DNA of 64,000 bases from an uncultured Clostridia bacterium. GTDB taxonomy: Bacteria; Bacillota; Clostridia; TANB77; CAG-508. Location of the stretch: positions 137,924-201,923 of the forward strand of contig CANQWQ010000002.1 of assembly GCA_947627595.1 (NCBI GenBank), given 5' to 3'. Positions 12,336 to 22,179 of the stretch are shown here, piece by piece (within the stretch, counting starts at the first letter, position 1; every line of letters begins with the position of its first letter). Made by a program: the position numbers and the translations under genes. Under the pieces are notes generated by a model that made no database searches, had not been told where the DNA came from, and was given only the letters and a program-made list of their open reading frames with translations.

Positions 12336-12364
12336 TTGACAAAAACGGGTTACTATAATATAAT
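12336..12364 (+). promoter_or_regulatory. Consensus sigma-A promoter TTGACA-17-TATAAT upstream of the DtxR-family gene / suf operon
   Basis: sequence match, 40 nt upstream of start codon. Confidence 0.6.
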
Positions 12365-12403
12365 GTTAGCCGTAATTAACATTGTTAGATGAGGAGAAGA
12401 AAT

Positions 12404-12883
12404 ATGGTTTCAAAGTCATTAGAAGAATATTTAAAAACTATGTATGTCTTGCAAAAACAAAATGGTCATATTAGAGTTACTGATGTTGCTGAAAAAATGA
12501 ATATATCAAAACCTAGTGTTAATAAAGCTGTAAATAATTTAAAAAGTGAAGGACTAGTTAATTATCAAACATATGGCTTAATTAAACTTACAGAAACTGG
12601 AAATTCGCTTGCTTGTAAGATTTTAGAAAGATATGATATTGTTAATTTGTTTTTAAGAGAAGTTTTAAATATTGAAAAGAAAAAAGCTCAAGAAGAAGCT
12701 GAAAAAATTAAGCTTGCTATGAGTGACGAAACCATGAATGCCTTAGCTAGATACGTTCATAAAGAACTTGGCTTATATAATCTTGATTGTAATTATGATT
12801 TAAATAATGAGAAATGCAGAAATTGTGTTAGACGTAAAAAATCTAATAAAGAAAAGGAAGATAATAAAAATGAAGACAAATAA
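12404..12883 (+). CDS. DtxR/MntR-family metal-dependent transcriptional repressor
   Basis: N-terminal wHTH (RVTDVAEKMNISKPSVNKAV) plus dimerisation domain; sits directly upstream of suf operon with overlapping stop/start. Confidence 0.75.
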   Translation: MVSKSLEEYLKTMYVLQKQNGHIRVTDVAEKMNISKPSVNKAVNNLKSEGLVNYQTYGLIKLTETGNSLACKILERYDIVNLFLREVLNIEKKKAQEEAEKIKLAMSDETMNALARYVHKELGLYNLDCNYDLNNEKCRNCVRRKKSNKEKEDNKNEDK

Positions 12884-13626
12884 TAAATTATTAGAAATTA
12901 AAGATTTATATGTAAATGCTGGAGAAAAAGAGATTTTAAAAGGTCTAAATTTAGTTATAAATAAAGGTGAAATTCATGTAATAATGGGACCAAACGGAAG
13001 TGGAAAATCTACTACTGCAAACGCAATTTTAAACAACCCTGAATATACAAAAAAAGGTGGAAAAATTGAATTTGATGGAAAAGATATTTCTAATTTAAAA
13101 ACAGATGAAATTGCACGTTTAGGCATATTTATGTCATTCCAATTACCAGAAGAAGTTCCTCGGAATTACTGTTACAAATTTCTTAAAATATGCTAAAAAT
13201 AAAGTAACTGGAAAACCAGTTAAAATTTTTGAGTTTAAAGAAGAATTAAAAAAATATATGGATGAATTAAATATGAATCCTAAAAATATGGATAGAAGTT
13301 TAAATGTAGGTTTTTCTGGTGGAGAGAAAAAGAAAAACGAGATTTTACAAATGCTTGTATTAAACCCTAAACTTGCGATTTTAGATGAAACAGATTCAGG
13401 ACTAGATGTTGATGCAATAAAAACAGTTTCAAAAGGAATTGAAATGTTTAAAAATGATGAAAATGGAGTTTTAATTATAACACATAATACTAAAATCTTA
13501 AGAAGTTTTAAAGTAGATTATGTTCATGTTTTAGTTGATGGAAAAATAGTTACAACAGGCTCACAAGAACTTGCTACAGTTATTGAAAATGAAGGATATT
13601 CAAAATATAAAGATATGAATAATTAG
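12870..13626 (+). CDS. sufC: Fe-S cluster assembly ATPase SufC. Needs a +1 shift at CGG 13161-13163
   Basis: Walker A GPNGSGKST, ABC signature FSGGEKKKNE, Walker B ILDETDSGLD; PEEVPGITVTNFL restored after skipping C13161. Confidence 0.85.
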
Positions 13627-13640
13627 AAAGGGCTTTTAAA

Positions 13641-15041
13641 ATGGCTAAGACTAAAATTGATGATATAAATAGAAATATTTATGATTTTAAAAATAAAGAT
13701 GATTATGATTATAAAATAAAAAAAGGCTTAACACGCGAAATTATCGAAGAAATTTCCAAACAAAAAAACGATCCAGATTGGATGAGAGAGTTTCGTCTAA
13801 AAGCTTTAGAAGTCTATAATAAACTAGAAATGCCAACTTGGGGACCAGATTTATCTGAACTTAATATGGATGAAATTGCGACTTATGTTAGACCAAAAGG
13901 AAAAATGGCTTCAAACTGGGAAGATGTTCCAGATGAAATTAAAAATACTTTTGATAAACTTGGAATTCCAGATGCTGAAAAAACTAGTCTTGCTGGTGTT
14001 GGAGCTCAATATGATAGTGAAGTTGTTTATCATAGTATGAAAGATGATTTGATTAAACAAGGCGTAATTTATACTGATATGGAAACAGCTGTTAGAGAAT
14101 ATCCAGATCTTGTTAAAGAACATTTTATGAAATGTGTTCCAGTTTATGATCATAAATTTGTTGCACTTCATGGTGCTGTTTGGTCTGGTGGATCTTTTGT
14201 ATATGTTCCAAAAGGTGTAAAATTAGATTTTCCTTTACAAAGCTATTTTAGATTAAACTCACCTGAATCAGGACAATTTGAGCACACTTTAATAATTGTA
14301 GAAGAAGGAGCAAGCCTTCATTTTATCGAAGGATGTTCTGCTCCAAAATATAATAAAGTAAATCTTCACGCAGGTTGTGTTGAATTATATGTTAAAGATA
14401 ATGCATATTTAAGATATTCAACAATTGAAAACTGGTCCAAAAATATGTTAAATCTTAATACAAAAAAAGCACTAATCGGGAAAAATGCTCAAGTTGATTG
14501 GGTTTCAGGCTCATTCGGATCAAAGATTTCAATGTTATATCCGATGAGTGTTTTAAATGGAGAAGGTGCTAAAACTGAATATACTGGTATCTCCTTTGCA
14601 GGTGCTGGTCAAAACTTAGACACTGGTTTTAAAGTTGTTCATAATGCGCCAAATACTTCATCAGTTGTAAATTCAAAATCAATTTCTAAAAATGGCGGAA
14701 AATGCACATATAGAAGCTTAGTTAGAATAATGGAAAATGCTAAAAATTCTAAATCTTCAGTTTCTTGTGAAAGCTTGATGCTTGATGATTTTTCAATTTC
14801 AGACACAATTCCAACAAATGATATTAGAACAGATGATGTTGAATTTTCACATGAAGCTAAAATTGGAAAGATTAGTGATAAAACAATCTTTTATTTAATG
14901 AGTAGAGGTTTATCTGAGGAGGATGCAAAAGCTATGATTGTAAGGGGATTTGCATATCCTATTTCAAAAGAACTTCCAGTTGAATATGCAGTAGAAATGA
15001 ACAATCTTATTAACCTAGAATTAGAAGGATCAATCGGATAA
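13641..15041 (+). CDS. sufB: Fe-S cluster assembly protein SufB
   Basis: 466 aa, full-length SufB homology. Confidence 0.9.
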   Translation: MAKTKIDDINRNIYDFKNKDDYDYKIKKGLTREIIEEISKQKNDPDWMREFRLKALEVYNKLEMPTWGPDLSELNMDEIATYVRPKGKMASNWEDVPDEIKNTFDKLGIPDAEKTSLAGVGAQYDSEVVYHSMKDDLIKQGVIYTDMETAVREYPDLVKEHFMKCVPVYDHKFVALHGAVWSGGSFVYVPKGVKLDFPLQSYFRLNSPESGQFEHTLIIVEEGASLHFIEGCSAPKYNKVNLHAGCVELYVKDNAYLRYSTIENWSKNMLNLNTKKALIGKNAQVDWVSGSFGSKISMLYPMSVLNGEGAKTEYTGISFAGAGQNLDTGFKVVHNAPNTSSVVNSKSISKNGGKCTYRSLVRIMENAKNSKSSVSCESLMLDDFSISDTIPTNDIRTDDVEFSHEAKIGKISDKTIFYLMSRGLSEEDAKAMIVRGFAYPISKELPVEYAVEMNNLINLELEGSIG

Positions 15042-15051
15042 GAAAACGGGG

Positions 15052-15110
15052 ACAAGAAAACGGGGACAGTCCCCAATGGAAAAAAGGGGACTGTCCCCTT
15101 AAAGAAAGGA
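15052..15110. repeat. Tandem/inverted copies of a short GGGGACAGTCCCC / GGGGACTGTCCCC hairpin element between sufB and sufD
   Basis: direct repeat gaaaacggggaca x2, then two mutually complementary 13-mers; same 13-mer recurs at 34021-34033. Confidence 0.6.
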
Positions 15111-15118
15111 TAAATAAA

Positions 15119-16171
15119 ATGGAATTAAACAGTACTCCTGTTAGAACTTGCAAAAACTATAATATTAATGATATAGAATTTAGTGAAAAGATTCCTAATA
15201 AATTCAAAAAATTTGAAAATCTTAAAATCTTTAAAGATACTGAAAAAGATGAGGTTATAACAGATTTTAAGTTTAAAGATTTTGATATAAAATATGGAAC
15301 AGGCTTAATAGATCAAATTAAAAATTCTTCAAATCAAAATATTAGAGTGAATGTAAATAGTAAAACAAATAAAGATATAAAACTAGAATTTGATTTTGAT
15401 GAAAAAAATCTAGAATTAGTTGAAAATATTGAAATAAATATTGAACCAGAAACTACTTCAAATATTTATATTATTTACAGACAAAGAACTTCTGGAAAGG
15501 CTTTTCACAATGGTTTAATTAGAGTTTTATCAAAATCAAATTCAAAATCTATAATTACAATAGTTAATCTTATGAATCCTGAAAGTTCTAATGTTTTAAG
15601 TATTGATGGAAAATTAGAAGATGGTTCAAAACTAAAATATAATATAGTAGATTTTGGCGGAAAAACTAGTATTACTAATTTATATACAAATCTTTTAGGA
15701 AAAGAAAGCCAAAATTTAATCAATTCAATTTATCTAGGTTCAAATGATGAAAAGATTGATATAAACTATATTGCAGAATGTTTTGGAGAAAAAACAAAAA
15801 TAGATATAGATGTTCAAGGTGCTTTAAAAGATAACGCTAAAAAAAGTTTTAAAGGTACAATTGATTTCAAAAAAGGTTGCAAAAAAGCTTATGGAAATGA
15901 AGCTGAAAATTGTATGCTTTTATCTGATAAAGCTAAATCAATTGCGCTTCCAATGCTTTTGTGCTCAGAAGAAGATGTTGAAGGAAATCACTCAAGCTCT
16001 AGTGGAAAAGCAAATGATAAAGAATTGTTTTACATTATGACAAGAGGGTTTGATAGAAAATCTGCTGAAAAATTATTAGTTAGGGCTAAATTCAACAATA
16101 TATTAGAAGGAATTACTAATAAAGAAGTTAAAGGCGAGATTTTATATGAAATGGATCAAAAATTAGATTAA
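15119..16171 (+). CDS. sufD: Fe-S cluster assembly protein SufD
   Basis: SufB/D family C-terminal beta-helix region, position after sufB. Confidence 0.8.
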   Translation: MELNSTPVRTCKNYNINDIEFSEKIPNKFKKFENLKIFKDTEKDEVITDFKFKDFDIKYGTGLIDQIKNSSNQNIRVNVNSKTNKDIKLEFDFDEKNLELVENIEINIEPETTSNIYIIYRQRTSGKAFHNGLIRVLSKSNSKSIITIVNLMNPESSNVLSIDGKLEDGSKLKYNIVDFGGKTSITNLYTNLLGKESQNLINSIYLGSNDEKIDINYIAECFGEKTKIDIDVQGALKDNAKKSFKGTIDFKKGCKKAYGNEAENCMLLSDKAKSIALPMLLCSEEDVEGNHSSSSGKANDKELFYIMTRGFDRKSAEKLLVRAKFNNILEGITNKEVKGEILYEMDQKLD

Positions 16172-16181
16172 GGGGAAAAAT

Positions 16182-17402
16182 ATGAATATTAAAGATGATT
16201 TTCCAATTTTAAAAAATAGAGATATAGCTTATTTAGATAGTGGTGCGACAACTCAAAAACCAAAACAGGTAATTGAGGCAATAGATAAATATTATGAAAA
16301 TTATAATGCAAATCCACATAGAGGAGCTTATTCTCTTAGTATTGAAGCTACAGAAGCTTATGAAGACACAAGAACTAAGATTTCAAAATTTATAAATACT
16401 AAAGCTAGAGAAGAAATAATTTTTTCTAAAAATGCTTCTGAAAGTTTAAATCTTATTGCATATTCTTATGGTTTAGAAAACTTAAAACCTGGTGATGAAA
16501 TTTGTATATCAATAATGGAACATCATTCAAATCTAGTTCCATGGCAAAAAGTAGCTAAAAAAACAGGTGCAAAACTTGTTTATATGTATATAAATGAAGA
16601 CTTTGAAATCTCTGAAGAAGAGTGGAAAACAAAAATTAATGATAAAACTAAAATTGTTGGAATTACACATGTATCTAACGTTTTAGGAACTATAAATGAT
16701 GTAGAAAACATAGTAAAATATGCACATAAAAAAGGTGCAGTTACAATTGTTGATGCTTCACAAAGTATTCCACATATGAAAATTGATGTTCAAAAATTAG
16801 ATACTGATTTTCTAGTTTTTTCAGGACACAAGATGCTTGCACCTCTTGGAATTGGCGTTTTATATGGAAAGAAAGAAATCTTAAATAAAATGATGCCTTT
16901 CTTAATGGGTGGAGATATGATTGAATATGTTTATGAGCAAGAAACAACATTTGCTCCGCTTCCAAACAAATTTGAGGCTGGAACTCAAAATGTCGAAGGC
17001 GTTATTGGCCTAGGTGCTGCAATAGATTATATTGAGAAAATTGGTTATGATGAAATTCAAAAAATAGAAGATGAAGTTATTGATTACGCAAGAACAGAAC
17101 TTTCAAAGCTAGATTATTTAGATATTTACATGACTCCAAATAAAGAAAATCATTCAAGTGTTATTTCATTTAACATAAAAGGAGTTCATCCACATGATGT
17201 TGCATCAATCTTAGATTCTGAAGGCGTTTGCGTTCGCTCAGGAAATCATTGTGCACAGCCACTTTTGCGTTACTTAAACATGGACTCAACTTGCCGAGCT
17301 TCTTTTTATCTATACAACACAAAAGAAGACGTAGACAAGCTAGTTTCTGCCTTAAACAAAGCATATAATATGTTCAAAAAATATATTAAAGTTGAGGGAT
17401 AA
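16182..17402 (+). CDS. sufS: Cysteine desulfurase SufS
   Basis: Class V aminotransferase, PLP-Lys SGHKM, active-site Cys region RSGNHCAQP. Confidence 0.9.
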   Translation: MNIKDDFPILKNRDIAYLDSGATTQKPKQVIEAIDKYYENYNANPHRGAYSLSIEATEAYEDTRTKISKFINTKAREEIIFSKNASESLNLIAYSYGLENLKPGDEICISIMEHHSNLVPWQKVAKKTGAKLVYMYINEDFEISEEEWKTKINDKTKIVGITHVSNVLGTINDVENIVKYAHKKGAVTIVDASQSIPHMKIDVQKLDTDFLVFSGHKMLAPLGIGVLYGKKEILNKMMPFLMGGDMIEYVYEQETTFAPLPNKFEAGTQNVEGVIGLGAAIDYIEKIGYDEIQKIEDEVIDYARTELSKLDYLDIYMTPNKENHSSVISFNIKGVHPHDVASILDSEGVCVRSGNHCAQPLLRYLNMDSTCRASFYLYNTKEDVDKLVSALNKAYNMFKKYIKVEG

Positions 17403-17403
17403 T

Positions 17404-17874
17404 ATGGAAGAGAATTTAGAACAAGTATATAATGATTTGATAATGGAGCATAGCATGAACTCCTATAACAAAAAGAAACTTTCAAGTTGCGATTTTTGCG
17501 AGATGGGACATAACCCAAATTGCGGTGACGAGATTTCTTTAGAAATGAAAATGAACGGCGATATTATAGAAGATATGGCTTTTTCTGGTCATGGATGTGC
17601 AATATCTCAAGCTTCAACTTCAATAATGATTGATACTTTAAAAGGAAAAACAGTTTCAGAAGCTAAAGAAATAATTGAAACTTTCATTAGTATGATTAAA
17701 AGAGAAACAAAATCTGAAGAAGAATTAAAAAAACTTGAAGATGCTATTGCTTTTAGAAATGTTGCAAATATGCCAGCTAGAGTTAAATGTGCACTTCTTG
17801 CTTGGCACACTGTTGAAGATATGATTAATAAAGGAGAACAAGAAGGTAAAATAAAATCTTCTTGCTGTAATTAA
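17404..17874 (+). CDS. sufU: SufU/IscU-like sulfur transfer scaffold
   Basis: NifU-like N-terminal domain with conserved Cys residues (NPNCGDEI, GHGCAIS). Confidence 0.8.
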   Translation: MEENLEQVYNDLIMEHSMNSYNKKKLSSCDFCEMGHNPNCGDEISLEMKMNGDIIEDMAFSGHGCAISQASTSIMIDTLKGKTVSEAKEIIETFISMIKRETKSEEELKKLEDAIAFRNVANMPARVKCALLAWHTVEDMINKGEQEGKIKSSCCN

Positions 17875-17875
17875 A

Positions 17876-18934
17876 ATGGAAAACAAAAAGGTATTATTGG
17901 GAATGAGCGGACGGAGTTGACAGCTCTGTATCAGCAGTTCTTTTAAAAGAAAAAGGTTATGACGTAATTGGAACAACTCTAGAGTTATATAATGGCGGTA
18001 GTTGTTGCAATTCAAATACATATTTAGATGCTAAAAATGTTTGCAAACAAATTGGAATCGATCATGTTATTTTTAATTGCAAAGATGACTTTAGAAAATA
18101 TGTAATTCAAGATTTCATTGATTGTTACTCAAATTGTAAAACTCCAAACCCATGTATAGAGTGTAATAAATTTATGAAGTTTGGGCTTATGTATGAAAAG
18201 GCTAAAGAGATGGGTTGCTATTATGTTGCTACAGGTCATTATGCTAAAACCGAATTTTCAGAGAAATATAATAAATGGGTTTTGAAAAAATCTAATAATG
18301 AGAAAAAAGATCAAAGCTATGTTTTGTGGAATATTCCAAAAGAATTATTAGAACATATAATTTTTCCTTTAGGTGATTTTAATGATAAAGAAGAAATTAG
18401 AGAGATTGCTAGACAAAAAGAATTAAAGGTTGCAAATAAGCCAGATAGCGAAGATATATGTTTTATTCCTGATGGAGATTATGGAAAATTTTTAGAAAAT
18501 AATTCTAATATTAGACCAAAAAGCGGAAATATCGTAAATTCTAAAGGTGAGATTTTTGGAAAACATAATGGTTTATATAATTATACTATTGGTCAAAGAA
18601 AAGGATTAGGAATTTCTCATCCTACACCATTATTTGTTTTAGGATTTGATAGAGAGAAAAATGAAGTTATAGTTGGGGAAGAACAAGAGCTTTATAAAAG
18701 CGAATTTTATGTAGAAAATGTTAATTTGCTTTTATTTGATAAAATTGATAAACCACTAGAGGTAGAAGTAAAAACAAGGTATTCTGTAAAACAAGCTAAA
18801 GCTAAAATTGTTCAAGAAGGAGATAAAATAAAAGTAAGTTTAGAAGAACCTCGGAAGAGCTATAACACCAGGTCAGTCTGCAGTGTTTTATATAGATGGT
18901 AATATTGTAGTTCGGTGGCGGAAAAATTTTGTAA
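17876..18934 (+). CDS. mnmA: tRNA-specific 2-thiouridylase MnmA. Needs three +1 shifts at CGG 17912, 18852 and 18913
   Basis: PP-loop MSGGVDSSV restored after skipping C17912; C-terminal ..EEPGRAITPGQSAVFY..VVGGGKIL restored after 18852 and 18913. Confidence 0.85.
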
Positions 18935-19016
18935 AAAAGCCTTGCAATTTTGCTGATAATGTGTTAAACTATCAATTAGTCAGTTTATTTTTGAAATATG
19001 GAGGTGCTTAAAATCA

Positions 19017-19231
19017 TGGCTAAATGTGTAATTTGTGGAAAAGAAACATCTTTTGGAAATCAATTAAGTATTACTCGTTCTCACATAAGTAAAAGAACAG
19101 TTAAACCAGTTAGACCTAACTTAAGAACTGTTAAAGCTGAAATAAATGGAGAAATTAAAAAGGTTTCTGTTTGTGCAAAATGCTTAAGAGCTGGAAAAAT
19201 TAAGAGAGCTAGTAAGCCAGAAAATGTTTAA
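19017..19231 (+). CDS. rpmB: 50S ribosomal protein L28
   Basis: MAKCVICGKETSFGNQLSITRSH typical L28. Confidence 0.9.
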
Positions 19232-19266
19232 TAATCGACAATTTTATTTAAGATAAAATAAAGAAA

Positions 19267-19298
19267 ATAATGATTAATAGTCATTATTTTTTTTGTTT
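19267..19298 (+). terminator. Rho-independent terminator after rpmB
   Basis: aataatgattaatagtcattatt hairpin plus T-run. Confidence 0.6.
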
Positions 19299-19369
19299 AT
19301 TTTCTATTGAAAAGGAAGTAATTTAAGTATATAATATTTAATAGAATTTTATAAAAAGGAACAAATATT

Positions 19370-21220
19370 ATGTTTAGTAGTAAAAAAGGTTTTTCATTAA
19401 CAACAATGGCTATTACAGTTATAGTAATGATTGTTATTCTTGGATCTTTGACATTTGCAACTGTTGATAGCATCAATGTTAGAAAATTAAATAAATTTTA
19501 TGATGATTTAAGACAACTTAATGATGCGGTTGAAAGCTATTATTTAAAATATAATGAGCTACCAGTTTCTAGTTCAAAAGGAAAAATTACTATATCAAAA
19601 GATGATAACAAAAATCACGTTGAACTTGAAGAAATAGGTTTTGTTCTTAAATCAGGTGCTTCAAAAGTTGAATTAGATAGCTTTGTAAATCCAAATGATT
19701 ATGCTTATACTGTTTCATCAGATGGAAAAGAAGAAAATGGTGATGCTACATATGCTTATTTAAATTTAAGTTTACTAAAAAATCTTTCTTTAAATTATAA
19801 AGATGATGATTATATTATTAATACTCAAAGCCATACAATATATAATAAAACTGGAATAGAAGTTGATGGAAAAACTTATAATTATTTACCATTAAAATAT
19901 GTAAATACAAAACATAATGAGAAAAAAGCTGTAAGTAATATTAGATTAAATCCAATTAGTGGAGTTACAGATGGTGCTAATATCTATTTTTCACCTAGCA
20001 ATCAAAAAATGAATTTAAAAGATATTTTATTATTTGATTCAGAAACTGAAGGAGACGGATTAGGAGAACCTAAAGAATTAGTTTTTAGCCTAAATTCTAA
20101 TAATATTTATTATGAAGTTAATAAAACTACAGGAGAACTAACTTCTAAAAACACTGAGATTTCTAACGTTTCTAACAACTCTGGAGAATATAGTTCTATT
20201 TTGACAGTAGGTGTTATAAACTATGGTGAAACAGAACCTGATGTTTCTAAAAGTTTTACAATTTCTACAAGTTCAATTGAATTATGTTCATCAAAAGATA
20301 AAATAGCTGTTAGTGAAATAAATCTTGCTAAAAAGCAAGAAGGAGATATTTATAAATATCAAAAAAATTCTACAGGTGAGAAAGATTATCAAATTTTAAA
20401 GAGTGGAGCTTTATATACACAAAATAATTTAAATATAAAATCTACAGTAGAAGATCCTGAAATAGTTACAGCTACTTATAATGATAATTATAATAGCTCT
20501 GATAAATATATGATTTTTACTAGTGGAACAAAAGCTGGTAAATCAAACGTTACAGTTGAAGTTCAAAATTATGGACTTGCTAAAGATACAGTTACAGTCA
20601 ATGTTTTTGGATTCGAAGTAGTTGAACAATCTACAAACGATTCTCAAACAAGTCTTAATAAGATTAACTTCACTGGAATGAGTGAAAAATATAACAAAAA
20701 TATTGAGTTAAAAGTAGATGGACCTAGTGGATTTGATTTTAACGGAGATACAAACAAATTAGAATGGTCTATTGAAGGCGAAGATGGAATAGTAAAATTA
20801 GAAAATGATGATTTATATGATACTAGAATAAAGCTAATTCCATTAAAAATAGGACAAGTTAATTTAAAATGTGATATTACAATAAGTGGAGAAAAACTAG
20901 AAGAAATTGTTGTTCCTGTTACTGTTTCTGGAATTGAAAGAACAGATGGAAAAGAAATAGTTGATAATACAATTAAATTTTCTCAAGATGGAGAAAAAAC
21001 AGTTACTTTAAAATATAGTTTTGGAGATAAATCAATTACTTCATATAGTTTTGAAACACCTACAATGGTGCCAGAAAGCAACTTCACAGTTGTAAAAAAT
21101 AGTGACAACACTTTTACAATTACAGCAATTGGAAATTCAGATGTTACTGGAACATTGACAATTACTGTAAATGTAGGTGAAGAAAAATATGAAGATGTTA
21201 TAAATATAACATTATCATAA
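19370..21220 (+). CDS. Large secreted/surface protein with prepilin-type N-terminal cleavage/methylation-like segment and Ig-like repeats
   Basis: N-terminus KKGFSLTTMAITVIV resembles class III (prepilin) signal G|FSL.. followed by hydrophobic helix, but Glu+5 replaced by Thr; remainder beta-rich repeats. Confidence 0.5.
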   Translation: MFSSKKGFSLTTMAITVIVMIVILGSLTFATVDSINVRKLNKFYDDLRQLNDAVESYYLKYNELPVSSSKGKITISKDDNKNHVELEEIGFVLKSGASKVELDSFVNPNDYAYTVSSDGKEENGDATYAYLNLSLLKNLSLNYKDDDYIINTQSHTIYNKTGIEVDGKTYNYLPLKYVNTKHNEKKAVSNIRLNPISGVTDGANIYFSPSNQKMNLKDILLFDSETEGDGLGEPKELVFSLNSNNIYYEVNKTTGELTSKNTEISNVSNNSGEYSSILTVGVINYGETEPDVSKSFTISTSSIELCSSKDKIAVSEINLAKKQEGDIYKYQKNSTGEKDYQILKSGALYTQNNLNIKSTVEDPEIVTATYNDNYNSSDKYMIFTSGTKAGKSNVTVEVQNYGLAKDTVTVNVFGFEVVEQSTNDSQTSLNKINFTGMSEKYNKNIELKVDGPSGFDFNGDTNKLEWSIEGEDGIVKLENDDLYDTRIKLIPLKIGQVNLKCDITISGEKLEEIVVPVTVSGIERTDGKEIVDNTIKFSQDGEKTVTLKYSFGDKSITSYSFETPTMVPESNFTVVKNSDNTFTITAIGNSDVTGTLTITVNVGEEKYEDVINITLS

Positions 21221-21366
21221 ATTACGAAATGTTAAAAATTGCTTGACAAATCTACAAAATGAGTATATACTTATTAGCGGTTAGATTTTTTAGAAGTTAG
21301 AGGTTAGAAAAAGATACGAATTACTAACTTTTACTATAGATTGATGTTTTATAAGGAGGGATTAAA

Positions 21367-21555
21367 GTGGCACAACCAAAAAGAAGATGGTCAAAAGCTA
21401 GAACTGGATCAAGAAGAAGTACATGGAAATTAGATGAAAAGGGATATTCAACATGTCCACATTGCCATGAACCAGTATTACCACATACTGTTTGCTCAAA
21501 CTGTGGTTATTATGATGGAAAAGAAGTTGTTTCAGTTAAAAAGAATGAAGACTAA
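21367..21555 (+). CDS. rpmF: 50S ribosomal protein L32
   Basis: GTG start, MAQPKRR..CPHC..CSNCG zinc-ribbon L32. Confidence 0.9.
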   Translation: MAQPKRRWSKARTGSRRSTWKLDEKGYSTCPHCHEPVLPHTVCSNCGYYDGKEVVSVKKNED

Positions 21556-21570
21556 TTATAAATTTATATA

Positions 21571-21600
21571 AAAAACTCTAGTATTTTACTAGAGTTTTTT
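21571..21600 (+). terminator. Rho-independent terminator after rpmF
   Basis: aaaaactctagta..tactagagtttttt. Confidence 0.65.
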
Positions 21601-21726
21601 AATTTTGAAAAAATATTTTTAAAAATTTTGAAAAAAAGATTTACATAATTAAAAAATTATGATAAAATAGAAATGCGGAGTTATAAAGATTTTACTAAAG
21701 ATGACAGAAAAAATGTGGAGGTAATT

Positions 21727-22041
21727 ATGAATAGTTATGATTTAGATTATAGAATTGCTTGCACTGAAGTTTTAGAAATTTTAAAACATATGCCTAAAAA
21801 ACAGGTTGAAAAAATTCCTAAAAATGTTCTTATTTCTATGCAAAGATCAAAGAGATATGACTATAGATTTAAGTTCGACAAAGCAAAATCTGTAAATGAG
21901 CAAAATATTTCAAAAACCGCAAAAAAAATTTTATCTGAATTTTATAGAGACTATTGGGCAGACAGTATTATCAAAAAAATGATTTTAGCCAAAGAAAAAT
22001 TTGATAAGAAAAACAGTAGTGAAAACGAAACAGTTGCCTAG
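21727..22041 (+). CDS. Hypothetical small protein
   Basis: ATG with GGAGG RBS at 21727; longer track ORF from 21673 starts ATG-CGG and is probably upstream/uORF. Confidence 0.35.
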   Translation: MNSYDLDYRIACTEVLEILKHMPKKQVEKIPKNVLISMQRSKRYDYRFKFDKAKSVNEQNISKTAKKILSEFYRDYWADSIIKKMILAKEKFDKKNSSENETVA

Positions 22042-22179
22042 TTTTTTATTCTTTTGTTATTTCAATTTTTAAAATTTTAAATTGTTATATAAATAAATAA
22101 ATAAGGCCGTATAAATTCTCTAAAAGGGATTTTTGCGGCCTTTTTGTAATAAATTTTAAAATAGAAAATAAAATTTATT

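Noticed and set aside
22095-22140. aaggccg..cggcctt hairpin with a 27-nt loop as a terminator after ORF 21727..22041
   Set aside because: The loop is too large and the T-run weak. I noted it but did not call it a feature.
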